Shown: positions 36,643 through 38,152 of the stretch, piece by piece
Numbering within the stretch: the first letter of the stretch is position 1
Layout: each line of letters opens with the position of its first letter
Position numbers and translations under genes: made by a program
Source: Octopus bimaculoides
Lineage: Eukaryota
Direction: 5' to 3'
Length of the DNA: 38,152 bases
Assembly: GCF_001194135.2 (NCBI RefSeq)
Contig: NC_068996.1
Location: 57,117,322 to 57,155,473 of the forward strand
The notes under the pieces: model-generated
Told to the model about the DNA's origin: nothing
What the model saw: only the letters and a program-made list of their open reading frames with translations
Databases searched by the model: none

Positions 36643-37894
36643 CTAGCCCCTGGCTTCTTTTTCCTTTCCATTTCCTTATTGTCACCAATATGCTGCCCAA
36701 TGAACCGATCTTCTTGTCTCCTTATGTTGAGTATTAATTCAGCTAAGGACTTTGATGTACAGTAAAAACAAAACAAACAAAAAAAACACCTAGGTAAGGG
36801 AGACAATCGGCTGCTTTAATTCTTGTATATGGCTGTATGACAGAACCTTATTTATAAAAATTATGAGAATGGAAAACAAATTCACATTTGACTTGAACTA
36901 AATTTAGAAAGCAGCTTCTCTGGGTCAACAGAAGCAAATGAAAAAATTAAAATATTTGTTAACTGATTGATTGCAGTGCAATGAAAAAGCGAATTCTATG
37001 TAGGCAAAATGTGAACTCAAAACTGTAAGAAGAAAGAAATAACTTGCCGTTGTTTATACCGGCCTACAGTCCGTTTTATGTTTCATAATATTGAGCAATA
37101 ATATCGCTCCAGATGGTGTGTAGTAGTTTTGTATCGTGACTGTAATCAAACACCGTATCAAACAATTTTCTTTTAGTGACCTTTATTCTTATATTTAACC
37201 ACCGAATGGAACCGAAGTAGTTGATTTGACTACAAACTCAAAATTGATGTGTTAATTTAAGAAGAGAAAAAACAAAATTAAGTTTTTAACTAGTAAGTCC
37301 AATCAGTATCTGATCAATTTAGTGATTTTGGTTTCGGTCGGAGACTAAATAATAGAGGTCACTGAATAATAATTGTTTGATATGGTGAAAAAATATATGG
37401 TGGAGACATAGCATCAAACAACTATTGTTCAGTAACCTCTAATATTTAACCCCCGAGTGAAAGCAGATCATTTGAGCAGATCAAGTAATTTACTGGGCTA
37501 TGAGCTGAAGAAAAGTTTTCAGTTTAAATTCATTGCTGGCGTTTCGTTTTGTACGTATGCACACGCATGCATGCATGTGCTATGCATGTGTGTGTGTGTA
37601 CTATTATGATGCAAATATCTTACAATTCTCACTGGTGCGAACGAAGCTTCTAAAATGGACAGAGAGCATTCGAAATGTTGCTTTAGTATAATGGTTAGTA
37701 TATCTGCCGAGTTTACAGTTGATGTGGGTTCGAGGCCCGCGAGCAACTTCCGACTTTTTCCATCCAGGGTTTTTTTTTACCCAATATTTTACATGCTATT
37801 ATTTATAGCTTTAACTACTTCGAATTCCACCGTTAAAAACAAATTACTTATTTGTATGTATGTATGTATGTATGTGTATGTATGTATGTGTATG

Positions 37895-38152
37895 TGGGAG
37901 AATATACAAAAAATAACAACAGACGAGGACAGGTGGTGTAAATAACAAAAGTATATATTAGTATGACGCTCGGGAATACGGAAAGTCTTTGACGTTTCGA
38001 GCTACGCTCTTCAACAGAAAGAATACGGAGACAAGGAGAAAAACACGGAGAAAAAAAATTGAATAGTGTTCAGTCAACGGTCAATCATAATAATGGCCGA
38101 TCATAACAATGGCTGACCGGAAGTTAGAAATTCTTATTTCAGGAGAGCTAAG
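37895..38152 (-). mobile_element. Probable Penelope-like element terminus (pLTR/3' UTR), running off the window
   Basis: Starts after a (GTAT)n tract and carries a minimal type I hammerhead fold, the architecture known from PLE termini. No ORF is visible inside the window. Confidence 0.5.
37986..38022 (-). ncRNA. Minimal type I hammerhead ribozyme-like motif with variant core
   Basis: Minus RNA UCUUU-CUGUUGA-A-GAGC-GUA-GCUC-GAAA-CG-UC-AAAGA: stem I UCUUU/AAAGA, stem II GAGC/GCUC, loopless palindromic stem III ACGU, GUC cleavage triplet. Confidence 0.75.

Overview
This is AT-rich, microsatellite-saturated eukaryotic (animal) DNA with seven N-gaps, each flanked by simple repeats. The SINE families and repeat style look like an octopus (coleoid cephalopod) genome; that assignment is inference from pattern recognition, not from a search. 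I found only one convincing host coding exon: 35456-35665 (+), 210 nt, phase 0-0, encoding the start of a KIF26A/B (vab-8, kinesin-11) motor domain. The rest reads as intron or intergenic DNA filled with transposon debris. This includes tRNA-derived SINEs of at least three families, 3' fragments of R4/Dong-type restriction-like-endonuclease LINEs sitting in (AAT)n tracts, and RTE, CR1/L2-like and Penelope fragments. It also includes a decayed MULE with TIRs, hAT and Harbinger-like MITEs, a Helentron/DINE-1-like element, a probable solo LTR, and a palindromic MITE centred on inverted telomeric repeats. Nearly all ORF-track entries are microsatellite or gap artefacts. The most notable unexplained signal is a minimal type I hammerhead-ribozyme fold with a variant core (CUGUUGA plus an extra A) at 37986-38022 (-). 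Long near-perfect hairpins and candidate intronic promoter modules upstream of the motor exon come next. I cannot claim a new biological system; the candidates below are testable hypotheses.
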